Source: an uncultured delta proteobacterium (GTDB lineage Bacteria > Myxococcota_A > Polyangia > Polyangiales > Houyiibacteriaceae). From it: DNA of 64,000 nucleotides. Within the stretch, counting starts at the first letter, position 1; every line of letters begins with the position of its first letter. Positions 30,701 to 41,332 of the stretch are shown here, piece after piece. The position numbers and the translations under genes are program-made. Where the stretch lies: contig CAVOVB010000001.1 of the NCBI GenBank assembly GCA_963699755.1, positions 1,312,001-1,376,000 on the forward strand, given 5' to 3'. The notes beneath the pieces are model-generated. The model did no database searches. It was given only the letters and a program-made list of their open reading frames with translations, and had not been told where the DNA came from.

Positions 30701-31440
30701 GCGGCGAGCTCGGCTTCTTGGAACGCCGCATAGCGTTTTTGCAGCCTAACGAGCTCTCCGTAGATACGCGGCAACTGCGGCGCGAGCGCGAGCAGGATCC
30801 GCCCGGTTGCTTCTGCGTCGCCCGCCGCGCGGTGCGCCTCGACGAGCGGGATGCCCAAGTGCTTCGCCACGTCTGCGAGTCGGCGGTTCTTCAATTCCTT
30901 GAGGAGCTCACGTGCCCAGACCAGCGGGTCCACCCAGACCACCTCGTCGCGCGCTGCGGGCGGCATGTCGCCAGGCGTCATACCCTTGGGCACGGCGCGC
31001 GCGATTTCTGCGAGCAGGAACCCACGGTCGAAGGACGCGTTGTAGGCCGCCGGGAGCTTGCCCTGTAAGCGCTCCAGAAGCCGCGGCATGAGCGTTGCAA
31101 AGTTGGGGGCCCCTTCGAGCTCTTCGTCCGTGATGCCGTGAACAGCCCGAGACTCTTCGGGCACGGGCATCCCAGGGTTGACCAGCCAGCTTTCCTTGCT
31201 GCTGACTCTTCCTTTCTCGAATGTCACCAGTCCGATCTCGATGACGCGGTCGGTTTTCGCGTCGCGGCCCGTCGTCTCGAAGTCGATGACGGTGATTGGG
31301 ATCTCCTCCCAAGAAGCTCCCGGCTCGAATTCCCTACACAGGCCCTCGACGTTCTGAATCGCGTCCGCGATCAGGTCGGCAATGCCTGGATAGTGGCGCC
31401 CGGTTGGAAAGCAGCCACACACATCGGTTCGTCCCCGCAC
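30682..31440 (-). CDS. DEDDh 3'-5' exonuclease (DnaQ-like)
   Basis: VIDFETTG, VHGI, AYNASFD, HRAAGDA. Start uncertain (GTG 31440 chosen). Confidence 0.9.
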   Translation of the reverse strand: MRGRTDVCGCFPTGRHYPGIADLIADAIQNVEGLCREFEPGASWEEIPITVIDFETTGRDAKTDRVIEIGLVTFEKGRVSSKESWLVNPGMPVPEESRAVHGITDEELEGAPNFATLMPRLLERLQGKLPAAYNASFDRGFLLAEIARAVPKGMTPGDMPPAARDEVVWVDPLVWARELLKELKNRRLADVAKHLGIPLVEAHRAAGDAEATGRILLALAPQLPRIYGELVRLQKRYAAFQEAELAAWKRFR

Positions 31441-31496
31441 GCGGGGAAGATGCACCGCATGGCCGCCCCGGCGCAAGTCGTATAAAAGGATGGATC

Positions 31497-32396
31497 GTGG
31501 CTTCGACGTATCGCACGCGCTTTGCTCCTTCGCCTACGGGCAAGATGCACCCGGGACACGCGCGCACAGCGCTGCTGACCTGGCTCCAGGCGCGAAAGCA
31601 CGGTGGGCGAATCGTCATGCGGATCGAGGACATCGATCGCCCCAGGGTGGTTCCCGGTTCAGCGGACGAGATCTGCCGCGACCACGAGTGGCTCGGGCTC
31701 GACTGGGACGAAGGTCCGCAGTTTCAATCCTCGCACGACGACTCTTACGAGCGCGCTCTCGCCAGACTACAAGGGGCGGGCCTGGTCTACCCCTGCTCCT
31801 GCTCCCGCCAAGACATCGCTGACATTGCCAGCGCGCCGCACGGCGACGAAGGGCCCCGCTATCCCGGGACCTGCCGCAACGGGGCGACGAACCCGGAGCG
31901 CGCTCCTGCGCTTCGCTTCCGCTTTGACGGTCCTTCTCCCGGGTTCGAAGACGTTTTGTGCGGACCCTTTCCCGAAGGCAGTGCGGGAGGGGACTTCGTG
32001 CTTCGGCGAGCCGACGGAACCTGGGCCTATCAGCTCGCCGTCGTGGTCGACGATGCCGAGGCAGGTATCACCGAGGTCGTTCGGGGAGCGGACCTGCTCT
32101 CGTCGACACCGCGCCAGATTGCCCTTTATCGTGCACTTGGCTACCCCGTGCCGCGCTTTGCGCATGTCGGACTGGTGGTCGACCGAGAGGGCGCGAGACT
32201 TTCCACGCGGCATGGCGCCACCTCGATCGCGTCGCTTCGAGGAGCTGGTCGCTCCGCAGAGGACCTGATCGGAGAGCTCGCCTTCTCGCTGGGATTGACC
32301 AAAACGGCTGCCCCGATTCGCGCGCACGAGCTGATTTCGAGCTTCGACATGAGCAAGATCAGCCATTCTCCATTTACCTGGGACGCCAAGGGTTGA
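31497..32396 (+). CDS. gluQ: Glutamyl-Q tRNA(Asp) synthetase
   Basis: RFAPSPTG.MHPGH, RIEDID, YPCSCSR...YPGTCR, GDFVLRRADG, YQLAVVVDD, VRGADLL; no anticodon-binding domain. Confidence 0.9.
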   Translation: MASTYRTRFAPSPTGKMHPGHARTALLTWLQARKHGGRIVMRIEDIDRPRVVPGSADEICRDHEWLGLDWDEGPQFQSSHDDSYERALARLQGAGLVYPCSCSRQDIADIASAPHGDEGPRYPGTCRNGATNPERAPALRFRFDGPSPGFEDVLCGPFPEGSAGGDFVLRRADGTWAYQLAVVVDDAEAGITEVVRGADLLSSTPRQIALYRALGYPVPRFAHVGLVVDREGARLSTRHGATSIASLRGAGRSAEDLIGELAFSLGLTKTAAPIRAHELISSFDMSKISHSPFTWDAKG

Positions 32397-32451
32397 CATT
32401 AATTGGATTTTCGACACTGATTTGTCGCGACCAGTAACTGAGGACCGGACT

Positions 32452-33066
32452 GTGACATCGAGCGACAGGCTGATGGAAATTGCCGAGCGCCTAACGGAGC
32501 TCGACCCAGTGCGGACATATCCTCAGCGCGGCTCGACCCTGATCGCAGGGGTGGTGGGCGCCGATTCGTTCTTGCTCGAGCGCCCAGACTCCGACCCGGT
32601 GAGCAGCGAGGACACCCTGAGCATCACGGACCCCACCTTGTCTTTGCCGCTTCGGCAAGGGCGCGCCTTCGTCGGCACTCTTCATCTCGAGATCGTTGGC
32701 GATGCGCCCGATGGCAATCAGCTCGAGGTCCTGAAATGGGCTTCCCGTCTCTTCGCAAGAGGGCTCGACTACGCCGAACGACTGACGGGCGAAGGCAGTC
32801 GAAGGCCGGGTGAGGCCGTCGAGCAGACCCTGCAACGCGCCCCGCTTACCCCGCGTGAGCGCGACGTGGTTTCCCTTCTGGTGGGCGGTGCGAGCACCCG
32901 TGAGATCGCCGCGGATACGGGGCTCACGGTGTCGACCGTGAATACGTATTTGAAGCGCATCTTTTCCAAGCTCGGTGTGCATTCGAGGGTCGAGCTGATT
33001 GCCAAGGTGGCCGGGACAGCTACCATCCCCCCGCGCCCTAACTACGACGCGCCGCATCCCGATTGA
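32452..33066 (+). CDS. LuxR-type HTH transcriptional regulator
   Basis: LTPRERDVVSLL..GASTREIA...TVNTYLKRIFSKLGVHSR; stop overlaps the moaC ATG. Confidence 0.85.
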   Translation: MTSSDRLMEIAERLTELDPVRTYPQRGSTLIAGVVGADSFLLERPDSDPVSSEDTLSITDPTLSLPLRQGRAFVGTLHLEIVGDAPDGNQLEVLKWASRLFARGLDYAERLTGEGSRRPGEAVEQTLQRAPLTPRERDVVSLLVGGASTREIAADTGLTVSTVNTYLKRIFSKLGVHSRVELIAKVAGTATIPPRPNYDAPHPD

Positions 33067-33554
33067 TGAGCAGAGACGACGAGCTGACACACTTGAATCG
33101 CGATGGTCAGGCCCGAATGGTCGACATCGGTCAGAAGAACAAGACGACGCGCGAAGCTCGGGCCCGGGCGACCTTGCGCATGAAGCCCGAAACCCTTCGC
33201 GTGCTCCTGTCCGGCAAGGCTCCTAAAGGCGATGCGCTGGCGACAGCGCGCATTGCCGGAATCCAGGCGGCAAAGCGAACCTCCGAGCTCATTCCACTCT
33301 GTCACCCACTTGCCATCACGGGTTGCGACGTCGCATTCGAGTCAGCCGGTGACGACGAGCGTCTTCTGATCGAGACGTCGGTTCGCTGCGCCGACCGCAC
33401 CGGTGTCGAGATGGAAGCCCTCACGGCTGCGACGGTTGCGGCGCTCACGCTCTACGACATGCTCAAGGCAATCGATCGCGCCATGGCGATAGAAGAGGTC
33501 GTCCTGCTCGAAAAGCAAGGCGGCCGAAGCGGCCACTATCGACGCGAAGACTAG
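33066..33554 (+). CDS. moaC: Cyclic pyranopterin monophosphate synthase
   Basis: LTHL...ARMVD, KGD, LIPLCHP, TGVEMEAL, YDMLKA, K.GGRSG. Confidence 0.96.
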   Translation: MSRDDELTHLNRDGQARMVDIGQKNKTTREARARATLRMKPETLRVLLSGKAPKGDALATARIAGIQAAKRTSELIPLCHPLAITGCDVAFESAGDDERLLIETSVRCADRTGVEMEALTAATVAALTLYDMLKAIDRAMAIEEVVLLEKQGGRSGHYRRED

Positions 33555-35071
33555 TCCCGCCGAATGATCCGACGAAGAGCCCGCCAATCGTCCCGCGTCA
33601 GCTCGCGGGTGACGACGAGCACGGCGAGCGCGCTCAGAAACCCAAGCGCGAGCGCCAGAAGAGACTTCAGCGCCGAGTCGTCGGGGATCGCCGCCGAAAC
33701 TCCATACCCCGCGCCGGCTGCGAGCGCGGCTCGGGCCCAGGTCGAAACGGGGATGAAGACGCCGAACGAGCGATGAATGACCCAGGCGGACAGCGAGAGG
33801 GCGACCAGCATGCCGATCACAGTACCGGTCGCTGCGGCTTCGAGCGTGAGCTCGCCGAGGCCCGCTCGGACCAGAAGAAGCCGATTTGCAACCACTACCA
33901 CCAGCAGCGAGACGCCAGCGATCAATGCGGCGACCGATGGCTTCCCCGCCCCGCTGATCGCAGTGGCCCCGACCGCAAAGAGGGCGAACGCCGCCACCCC
34001 GAAGACCAAGATCGAGAGCGCGGGCGCTCCTACCAAGTAGTCCGTGGGGTACGCGAGTCGCATCAGGCCCTCGGCCGTGCCCGAGATCGGCGCAGCAACC
34101 GACAAGAGCAGCAGCAAGGAGAGGCGCATGGCATGCTGAATGGTGGAGCGCGCGGCCTCGCGGTTCCCGAGGCTCGTCGCCTTGCTGATCATCGGGAACA
34201 CGACGAACGTCATCGAGATGATCAACTGGTATGGAACGAACGCAAAGGTCTGAGCCGCCCGGTAGTAGCCGACGTACTGATTGGCGAGGTCGACCGCGGC
34301 TTGGCTGTTCGCGGCGCTGGTGAAGGCAAATTCCGTGGCCGTTCGCTTGAGCACCTGCAGATCGATCATCAGGATGCCGTTGAGACAGATCTGGTAGGTC
34401 CAAATCGGCGCCATGAAGCCGATCCAACGGCGCCGCCGGATCTTCTCTCCTGAAATTCCGGGCTCCCCGAATCCGATCCAGATCAAGCTGATCGACACGA
34501 TGCTTGCAGCGGCTGTCGCGAAGCCGGCAACCGCCCCCATCGCTCCGAACCCAAGCAGGGCGCCGCCCAAGATCCCGACCGTACGTAGCGTCGAGAAGGT
34601 CACGTCGAGGCGAGCTTGCTTTGCAAACCAATGCCTGCCGTTGAGGCTGCCCACGACGGCAGCGTAGAGTGCGTATGCGAAGACCACGATGGAGGCGATG
34701 CGCAGCAGTCGAGTGAGCTGCCCGTCCAACAAGAGCCCCGCGATCGCCGGGGCGAATAGGAACAGTGCCAGGGCGAGCGTGCCCCCGACCAGGGCTTGGA
34801 TGCGAAGCCCTTGCCGAAGGGTCACCTCGGCCCTCGCCTCATCTTCGCTCACGAATTTCGAGACTGATTGGATTGTCGCGACGATCAGCACGTTGGTGAG
34901 TATCGCCACGCCGCTCATCGTGGCCGAGTAGAGCCCGAACTCCTTCGCCTCTCCGAAGATCCTCGGCAGCAAGAGCTGCACGGCATAGCTGGTGAAGATG
35001 AAGTAGCCCTTGGCGCCTGCAATCGACATCAGGCCGCGCCCAGCTCGGCGCGTGTCTTCCGAGGAATTCAC
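33551..35071 (-). CDS. MOP-superfamily oligosaccharide flippase / polysaccharide biosynthesis protein
   Basis: Many TM segments; FGLYS, VGYYRAA, VVFPMIS, Y..GAPALSIL. Confidence 0.75.
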   Translation of the reverse strand: MNSSEDTRRAGRGLMSIAGAKGYFIFTSYAVQLLLPRIFGEAKEFGLYSATMSGVAILTNVLIVATIQSVSKFVSEDEARAEVTLRQGLRIQALVGGTLALALFLFAPAIAGLLLDGQLTRLLRIASIVVFAYALYAAVVGSLNGRHWFAKQARLDVTFSTLRTVGILGGALLGFGAMGAVAGFATAAASIVSISLIWIGFGEPGISGEKIRRRRWIGFMAPIWTYQICLNGILMIDLQVLKRTATEFAFTSAANSQAAVDLANQYVGYYRAAQTFAFVPYQLIISMTFVVFPMISKATSLGNREAARSTIQHAMRLSLLLLLSVAAPISGTAEGLMRLAYPTDYLVGAPALSILVFGVAAFALFAVGATAISGAGKPSVAALIAGVSLLVVVVANRLLLVRAGLGELTLEAAATGTVIGMLVALSLSAWVIHRSFGVFIPVSTWARAALAAGAGYGVSAAIPDDSALKSLLALALGFLSALAVLVVTRELTRDDWRALRRIIRRD

Positions 35072-35148
35072 CGCGGCCGGTTCTGCCGCCCGAAGTCGCG
35101 CTGGTCAAGGGTTGACTTGGATCGGCGCATGACGCCAACTACGCCCCA

Positions 35149-36198
35149 GTGAAGCTGAGGTTCTTCAGTTCGCGGCTGGGATCCTACGGACGCCTGGTCT
35201 CGGCGGCAAGTGTTTTGGGGGCCGTCGTGCTCGTGGGAGCCACCTCGTACTATGCCGTCGGCGCTGGCAGGTGGTCCTGGTTCGACTGCTTCTACATGAC
35301 CCTGATCACGCTTTCGACCGTCGGCTTCGCCGAAACGCTCGAAGGCATGAACGAGATGCCCGAAGCGCGAGCGGTCACAATCAGCCTTATCATCCTGGGT
35401 AGTGGCACTCTGCTCTATTTCATTTCTAGTCTTACCGCTTTGATTGTAGAAGGCGATTTACAAGGAATTTTGAGGCGTCGAAGCATGGAACGGGCAATCG
35501 GCACATTGAGCAATCACGTCATCGTATGCGGCATCGGCACGACGGGTTGGCACATCGCGTCAGAGCTTCGCGCCGTGGGGGTGCCCTTTGTGGTCGTCGA
35601 TGCCAACCGTGAGCGGCTCGACGAGCTCAACGCGGAGTTCGAGGACAACCTGCTTTTCGTCTGCGGTGATGCCACCGACGATCACACCCTCGACCTCGCG
35701 GGCGTCACGCGCGCACGCGGCGTCATCTCCGCCCTCAACGACGACAAAGCGAATCTATTCGTCACAATCAGTGCGCGCGCCCTCAACCCGACGGCGCGAA
35801 TTGTGGCCAAGTCGATCGAGCCTGCGACCGAACGTAAGCTCCGGCGGGCGGGTGCCGACGCCGTCGTCTCGCCGAATTACATCGGCGGGGTTCGGCTCTT
35901 CAGCGAGATGGTGAGCCCGAAGACCGTCGCCTTCCTCGACCGGATCGTGCAGTTCGGTGGCGGCATCAGCGTGGGTCTCGAGGCGATCGACGTGCCTCCG
36001 GAGAGTCCACTGGTTGGCAAACGTCTGGCTGAAACCGACATCCGGGAAGCCGGGGCGCTCGTCGTGGCGGTTCACAGGGCCGATGGAGACTACGTTTACA
36101 ACCCTGGTGGTGAGCACACGCTCCAAGCGGGTGACTCCCTGATCGTGCTCGCGGAATCCAAAGACGCTGCCCAGCTCCGAAATGCACTCGCGGGCTGA
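35149..36198 (+). CDS. Two-TM potassium channel with RCK (TrkA-N/TrkA-C) domain
   Basis: DCFYMTLITLSTVGFAE pore region; NHVIVCGIGTTG; GDAT; AGADAVVSP; TrkA-C NPG...L..GD.LIV. Confidence 0.9.
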   Translation: MKLRFFSSRLGSYGRLVSAASVLGAVVLVGATSYYAVGAGRWSWFDCFYMTLITLSTVGFAETLEGMNEMPEARAVTISLIILGSGTLLYFISSLTALIVEGDLQGILRRRSMERAIGTLSNHVIVCGIGTTGWHIASELRAVGVPFVVVDANRERLDELNAEFEDNLLFVCGDATDDHTLDLAGVTRARGVISALNDDKANLFVTISARALNPTARIVAKSIEPATERKLRRAGADAVVSPNYIGGVRLFSEMVSPKTVAFLDRIVQFGGGISVGLEAIDVPPESPLVGKRLAETDIREAGALVVAVHRADGDYVYNPGGEHTLQAGDSLIVLAESKDAAQLRNALAG

Positions 36199-36262
36199 TC
36201 CAGGCGATTTCGCTTGGGATCAGCCGAGGGATTTCGACCCCGATTTCGGCGCCCGCGAGACC

Positions 36263-36290
36263 TTGACGGCCACCTCGGGGTGGTTAGGTT
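36263..36290 (+). promoter_or_regulatory. Putative dnaK promoter TTGACG-N16-TAGGTT
   Basis: ttgacg gccacctcggggtggt taggtt, upstream of an AAGGAG SD and ATG 36337. Confidence 0.5.
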
Positions 36291-36336
36291 GGCGAAGCTC
36301 CGACGGCAGCTCGGGGACAAAAGGAGACAAGAGAAC

Positions 36337-38241
<1,905 letters not shown>

Positions 38242-38265
38242 GAACGCCCAGTACCCCATCGATTG

Positions 38266-38300
38266 AGCCCCGCCCGGCCTTGTGCCGAGCGGGGCTTTTT
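38266..38300 (+). terminator. Intrinsic terminator after dnaK
   Basis: agccccgcccggc-cttgt-gccgagcggggct stem (one mismatch) followed by a T run. Confidence 0.8.
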
Positions 38301-38372
38301 CATTGTGCTTGCCCCAATCTCCCCAACCCCTATGTATTGGGGACAGCGCCCGGAGAAGGGGGCTTCATACCT

Positions 38373-40967
38373 ATGCTGTCACTCGATATTCCTTTCTTCG
38401 GCACCCTGGTCCTGTGCCTCGTTCTCATCAGCGCATCGTATACGATGGCGGTGTCCATTGGAGCCGGCCGTGGGCGTCCGCATTTGCTCCCGGCGGCTCG
38501 ATGGGGCACCTATGCGACCTGTGCGCTCGTCCTCGTGGCGGTTCTAGTCCTGGCATACGCGTTTCAGGTTCACGATTTTCGCATTCGATACGTGGCCCGC
38601 TACAGCGACCGATCGATGCCTTGGTGGTACTTGGTCACATCCCTGTGGGGAGGGCAGGACGGCTCGCTTCTTTGGTGGGCTTTCCTGCTTTCGGGCTACA
38701 CCTTCGTTGCAGTCCGCTGGCTTCGCGGCCGCTACTCGGAGCTACAGCCCTGGGTCATCGCAACTTTGATGAGCATCCTGATCTTCTTCGCGGTCCTGAT
38801 GCTCTTCGCAGCCAACCCCTTCGCGACCTACATCCGAACCACCCCCGGGGACGGCGAAGGACTCAATCCGCTGCTGCAGAACTACTGGATGGCGATCCAT
38901 CCACCGACGCTGTACATGGGGTTCGTGGGCTGGTCGGTGCCCTTCGCGATCCTGGTCGCTGCGCTGATCACCGGCCGACTTGGCAACGAGTGGGTTCGTG
39001 CGGCGCGTCTTTGGTCGATGATCGCCTGGACGTTCCTCTCGATTGGCCTGCTGCTGGGCTGTCTCTGGTCGTATGAAGAGTTGGGCTGGGGTGGCTACTG
39101 GGCCTGGGACCCAGTCGAGAACGCTTCATTCATGCCCTGGCTGGTAGGCACGGCCTATTTGCACTCCGTTTTGATTCAGGAGCGGCGGCAAATGATGAAG
39201 GTCTGGAACGTCTTTCTCTTGTCCCTGACGTTCTTCCTCACGATTTTCGGAACGTTCCTAACGCGTTCGGGACTCATCGCGAGTGTGCATTCGTTCGCTC
39301 GTTCGGACATCGGGCAGTACTTCGTCTGGTACATGGCCTTCCTGCTGATCGCGATTGCGGCGCTGATGATTTGGCGACTCCCGAAGCTCAAGGCGGACAA
39401 CGAAATCGAGTCGCTCGTCAGCCGAGAGTTCGCATTCTTGCTGAACAATTGGGTCTTGCTTGGCATGATGGTGTTCGTTCTGATCGCGACTACCTTCCCG
39501 CTGCTCAGCCAATGGATGAGGGGTGAGGAGGTCACCGTTGGCCCCGGCTTCTACAACAAATGGATGGTGCCACTCGGCATCGTTCTACTGTTCCTGGCCG
39601 GGTTGGGGCCGCTGGTTGCCTGGCGCAAGGCGACCGGCTCGAAGCTCTTGCGGGCCATGGCCTTCCCCGTTGCGGTGGGCCTGGGCGTTGCCTTGCTTCA
39701 GGTTCTTTTCGGCACGCGCTTCGGTTTCCCGGCCGTCGTCGAGCCGACCGAGATCTACGATACCGCTACGGGTACCGTGCTCGCCTGGATGAGTGCCGTG
39801 GCTCCCGTCGTTTCATTCGCCACCTGCGCGTTCGTGCTCGCGAGCGTGGGCCAGGAGTTCTGGCGCGGCATGCGCGTGCGCATGAGAAAGGGCGAAGCAG
39901 CGGCCACTGCCCTCGCCAATCTCGTGTCCAAAGGCCGCCGTCGCTACGGCGGCTACATCGTGCACGTGGGCATCGTCTTCATGTTCATTGGCTTCACCGG
40001 CGCTGCCTATGACGTGGAACAGGAGAGGGCGCTCCGCCCGGGCGAATCGATGGCCATTGGCACGCACACGGTGCGCTACGACCAGCCCCGAATGGAGACC
40101 GATCCGAACAAGCGAATGATCTTCACCGACATGACGATCATCGACAAAGCCGGAAACGAAGACGGTCAGGTCGCACCCGCCAAGTTCATCTATCGAACGC
40201 ACCCGCAGATGCCCACGACCGAGGTGGCGATTCGCAGCCGTCCGATTGAAGATGTCTACGTGATCATGAGCACAGTCGACCCGTCGACCCAGCGTGGCAC
40301 GTTCCGAATCATCATTCGTCCCCTGGTCGCATGGATTTGGCTCGGGGGCATCGTGCTTTTGTTCGGCGCGCTCCTCGGCATGTGGCCGACGGGCCGGGAG
40401 CTTCTCCGAGAAGAGGCAGCTAGCCCCCGGCGGTTTCGATTCTCGCCGGTCACGGCCGTGGTTGGGCTGGCGATCCTGATCGCCACGATGTTAGCCTGGG
40501 TGGGGGTCGCGTCGGCGCAAAACGACAGTAGCAGCACGCTGCACGCTGGTTCGGTCGTCATCAACGATCCCGTCGAGCGGCAATTGTTTGGTCGCCTGCT
40601 CTGTCAGTGTGGCGATTGTGCGCGCCTGCCGCTCGATACCTGTGCCTGCGGCTGGGCCGACGACAAGCGGATCGAGATTCGGGAGCAGCTCGCGGCAGGC
40701 GTAGAACCGACGAAGATTCAGGAGTCTTACCGCGCGCAGTACGGCGCTGCGGCGCTGGCGATTCCCTCCGACGAGGGGCTGGACCGCGCTCTGTGGGCGG
40801 TCCCTATCGCAGCGATGGGTTTCGCAGTTGGCTTCATCGTGTTGCTTGGCCGGCGTTGGCAGCGCCGCGGAGCGGTATCGAGCACTTCTATCGATTCTGA
40901 TCCGGACGAGAAGCTCGAGTACGATTCGCGTCTCGACTCGGAGCTCGAGCGATTGGAGGAGAGTTGA
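38373..40967 (+). CDS. ccmF: Cytochrome c heme lyase CcmF fused to a C-terminal CcmH-like domain
   Basis: WGGQDGSLL, GLNPLLQN..M.IHPP, WGGYWAWDPVENAS, GTFLTRSG..SVHSF, RRYGGYIVH, PLVAWIWLGG; continues in frame into LLCQCGDC...CACGWA...RIEIREQL..G...LWAVP. Confidence 0.9.
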   Translation: MLSLDIPFFGTLVLCLVLISASYTMAVSIGAGRGRPHLLPAARWGTYATCALVLVAVLVLAYAFQVHDFRIRYVARYSDRSMPWWYLVTSLWGGQDGSLLWWAFLLSGYTFVAVRWLRGRYSELQPWVIATLMSILIFFAVLMLFAANPFATYIRTTPGDGEGLNPLLQNYWMAIHPPTLYMGFVGWSVPFAILVAALITGRLGNEWVRAARLWSMIAWTFLSIGLLLGCLWSYEELGWGGYWAWDPVENASFMPWLVGTAYLHSVLIQERRQMMKVWNVFLLSLTFFLTIFGTFLTRSGLIASVHSFARSDIGQYFVWYMAFLLIAIAALMIWRLPKLKADNEIESLVSREFAFLLNNWVLLGMMVFVLIATTFPLLSQWMRGEEVTVGPGFYNKWMVPLGIVLLFLAGLGPLVAWRKATGSKLLRAMAFPVAVGLGVALLQVLFGTRFGFPAVVEPTEIYDTATGTVLAWMSAVAPVVSFATCAFVLASVGQEFWRGMRVRMRKGEAAATALANLVSKGRRRYGGYIVHVGIVFMFIGFTGAAYDVEQERALRPGESMAIGTHTVRYDQPRMETDPNKRMIFTDMTIIDKAGNEDGQVAPAKFIYRTHPQMPTTEVAIRSRPIEDVYVIMSTVDPSTQRGTFRIIIRPLVAWIWLGGIVLLFGALLGMWPTGRELLREEAASPRRFRFSPVTAVVGLAILIATMLAWVGVASAQNDSSSTLHAGSVVINDPVERQLFGRLLCQCGDCARLPLDTCACGWADDKRIEIREQLAAGVEPTKIQESYRAQYGAAALAIPSDEGLDRALWAVPIAAMGFAVGFIVLLGRRWQRRGAVSSTSIDSDPDEKLEYDSRLDSELERLEES

Positions 40968-41332
40968 TAGCTGACTACCTTCCCCCCATGTTCGTCGTCG
41001 GCGCAGCGCTGGCCCTAGTCGCCGCGTTGGTCAGCCTTTGGCTGAGCCTGAGCTTGGCGCTTTCCGACGAGCTCGTCGCCGGAGCCCGGGCGCAGCTCAC
41101 GACCGATGCGCGTCTCGGCTTGCTGACTGAGAAAGAGAATCTGCTTCAGGAGATTCGTGACATCGCGTTCGAGCATGATGCAGGCAAGCTCTCCGACGCC
41201 GACTACAACGAAATCAACGCGAAGCTCCGAGCTCAGGCTCGACACGTACTTCACGAGCTAGACGTGGGCGCCGGGCCCTTTCGAGACGAAGCGGAGGCCC
41301 TGATCGCCGAGCGGCTTTCTGACGAGGGATGA
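40964..41332 (+). CDS. Small membrane protein resembling the CcmI N-terminal helical segment
   Basis: One TM, then EKENLLQEIRDIAFEHDAGKLSDADY; overlaps ccmF stop. Confidence 0.6.
   Translation: MIADYLPPMFVVGAALALVAALVSLWLSLSLALSDELVAGARAQLTTDARLGLLTEKENLLQEIRDIAFEHDAGKLSDADYNEINAKLRAQARHVLHELDVGAGPFRDEAEALIAERLSDEG

Noticed and set aside
36199..36336. CIRCE heat-shock operator before dnaK
   Set aside because: No TTAGCACTC-N9-GAGTGCTAA match.
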